DNA of 64,000 nucleotides. It comes from Eledone cirrhosa. Its lineage: Eukaryota. Of this stretch, positions 63,305 through 64,000 are shown one piece after another. The DNA is taken from assembly GCA_964016885.1 (NCBI GenBank), contig OZ024765.1:10726001-10790000 (forward strand). Reading direction: 5' to 3'. The position numbers were made by a program, and so were the translations under genes. The notes beneath the pieces are model-generated. The model was not told the DNA's origin and searched no databases. It worked only from the letters and a program-made list of their open reading frames with translations. Position 1 is the stretch's first letter, and each line of letters starts with the position of its first letter.

Positions 63305-64000
63305 GTAAGTTTCATTTCTGATCTCCCGTCTGCCTGTCTGTCATTTGTTGCCAGGTAACAGGTGTCTTATCTGACATTTGTTCTATTGGCACCACTTGTT
63401 GCAACAACCATGTAGATAAGTCTATTTATATATCTCTTCTTCTGGTGTCATCTTTCCCACAACATGTCTCCACCATCTCCTGTCCCATTTCCAGTCCAAA
63501 GACAGTCATTTGTTGCCCCACGCCCGCCCATGTCTCTAAGCTGGTCTGTTGTCTTCTTCTGCGCATTTTTTCCAGAGGCTTGCCCTAAGCCAGAGGTTGT
63601 CAAACTTTTTGGGCCAGTGCCCCCTCACGGCCATGTAAAACCCATGTAATACCGAGGGGACTGTTGAAAAATAAAACTCATTTGGTCAATCCATGAGAAT
63701 ATCTTGGTCAGCCTATGAAATTTTCAGCCGACTGTTATATATATCTATATATAAGCAAAAGGGATATTCAATTTGTTGGTAATTCAACAAATATAAATGT
63801 TTATAACTGATTCAGAGCACTCAACAGGTTTTCTGGAGTATAATATTCAATGATATTAAATAAACGGAAACTATATTTATAAAACCATATTTATTCTATT
63901 ATATATATTTCAAGGGTACATACAACTCAACCTCATTTGCATACTCATCTTAATAATTTAAAATATCTGACTTTTCTTCTCTTATCCCTTCACTATCCAA

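Overview
This is AT-rich, repeat-saturated animal genomic DNA. The SINE/LINE/microsatellite content suggests an octopod cephalopod (inference). The whole window appears to lie inside one + strand gene, the invertebrate PICALM/AP180 (lap/unc-11) clathrin-assembly protein. Seven constitutive ANTH-domain exons (29729-63304) have canonical AG/GT sites and splice into one open frame; the first coding exons and the C-terminal exons lie outside the window. Main find: two mutually homologous, frame-preserving phase-1 cassette exons (33880-33933, 54 nt; 49482-49532, 51 nt) sit inside the 23-kb intron. They look like a duplicated, possibly mutually exclusive exon pair in an ANTH loop. Other notable features: minimal type-I hammerhead ribozyme motifs; a ~12.6-kb satellite grown inside one TTAA-flanked piggyBac-type MITE; several other tandem arrays grown from pieces of LINEs, SINEs and an exon end with its splice donor; and nested hAT/Helitron/MITE insertions. 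Nearly all long ORFs in the supplied track are repeat artefacts.
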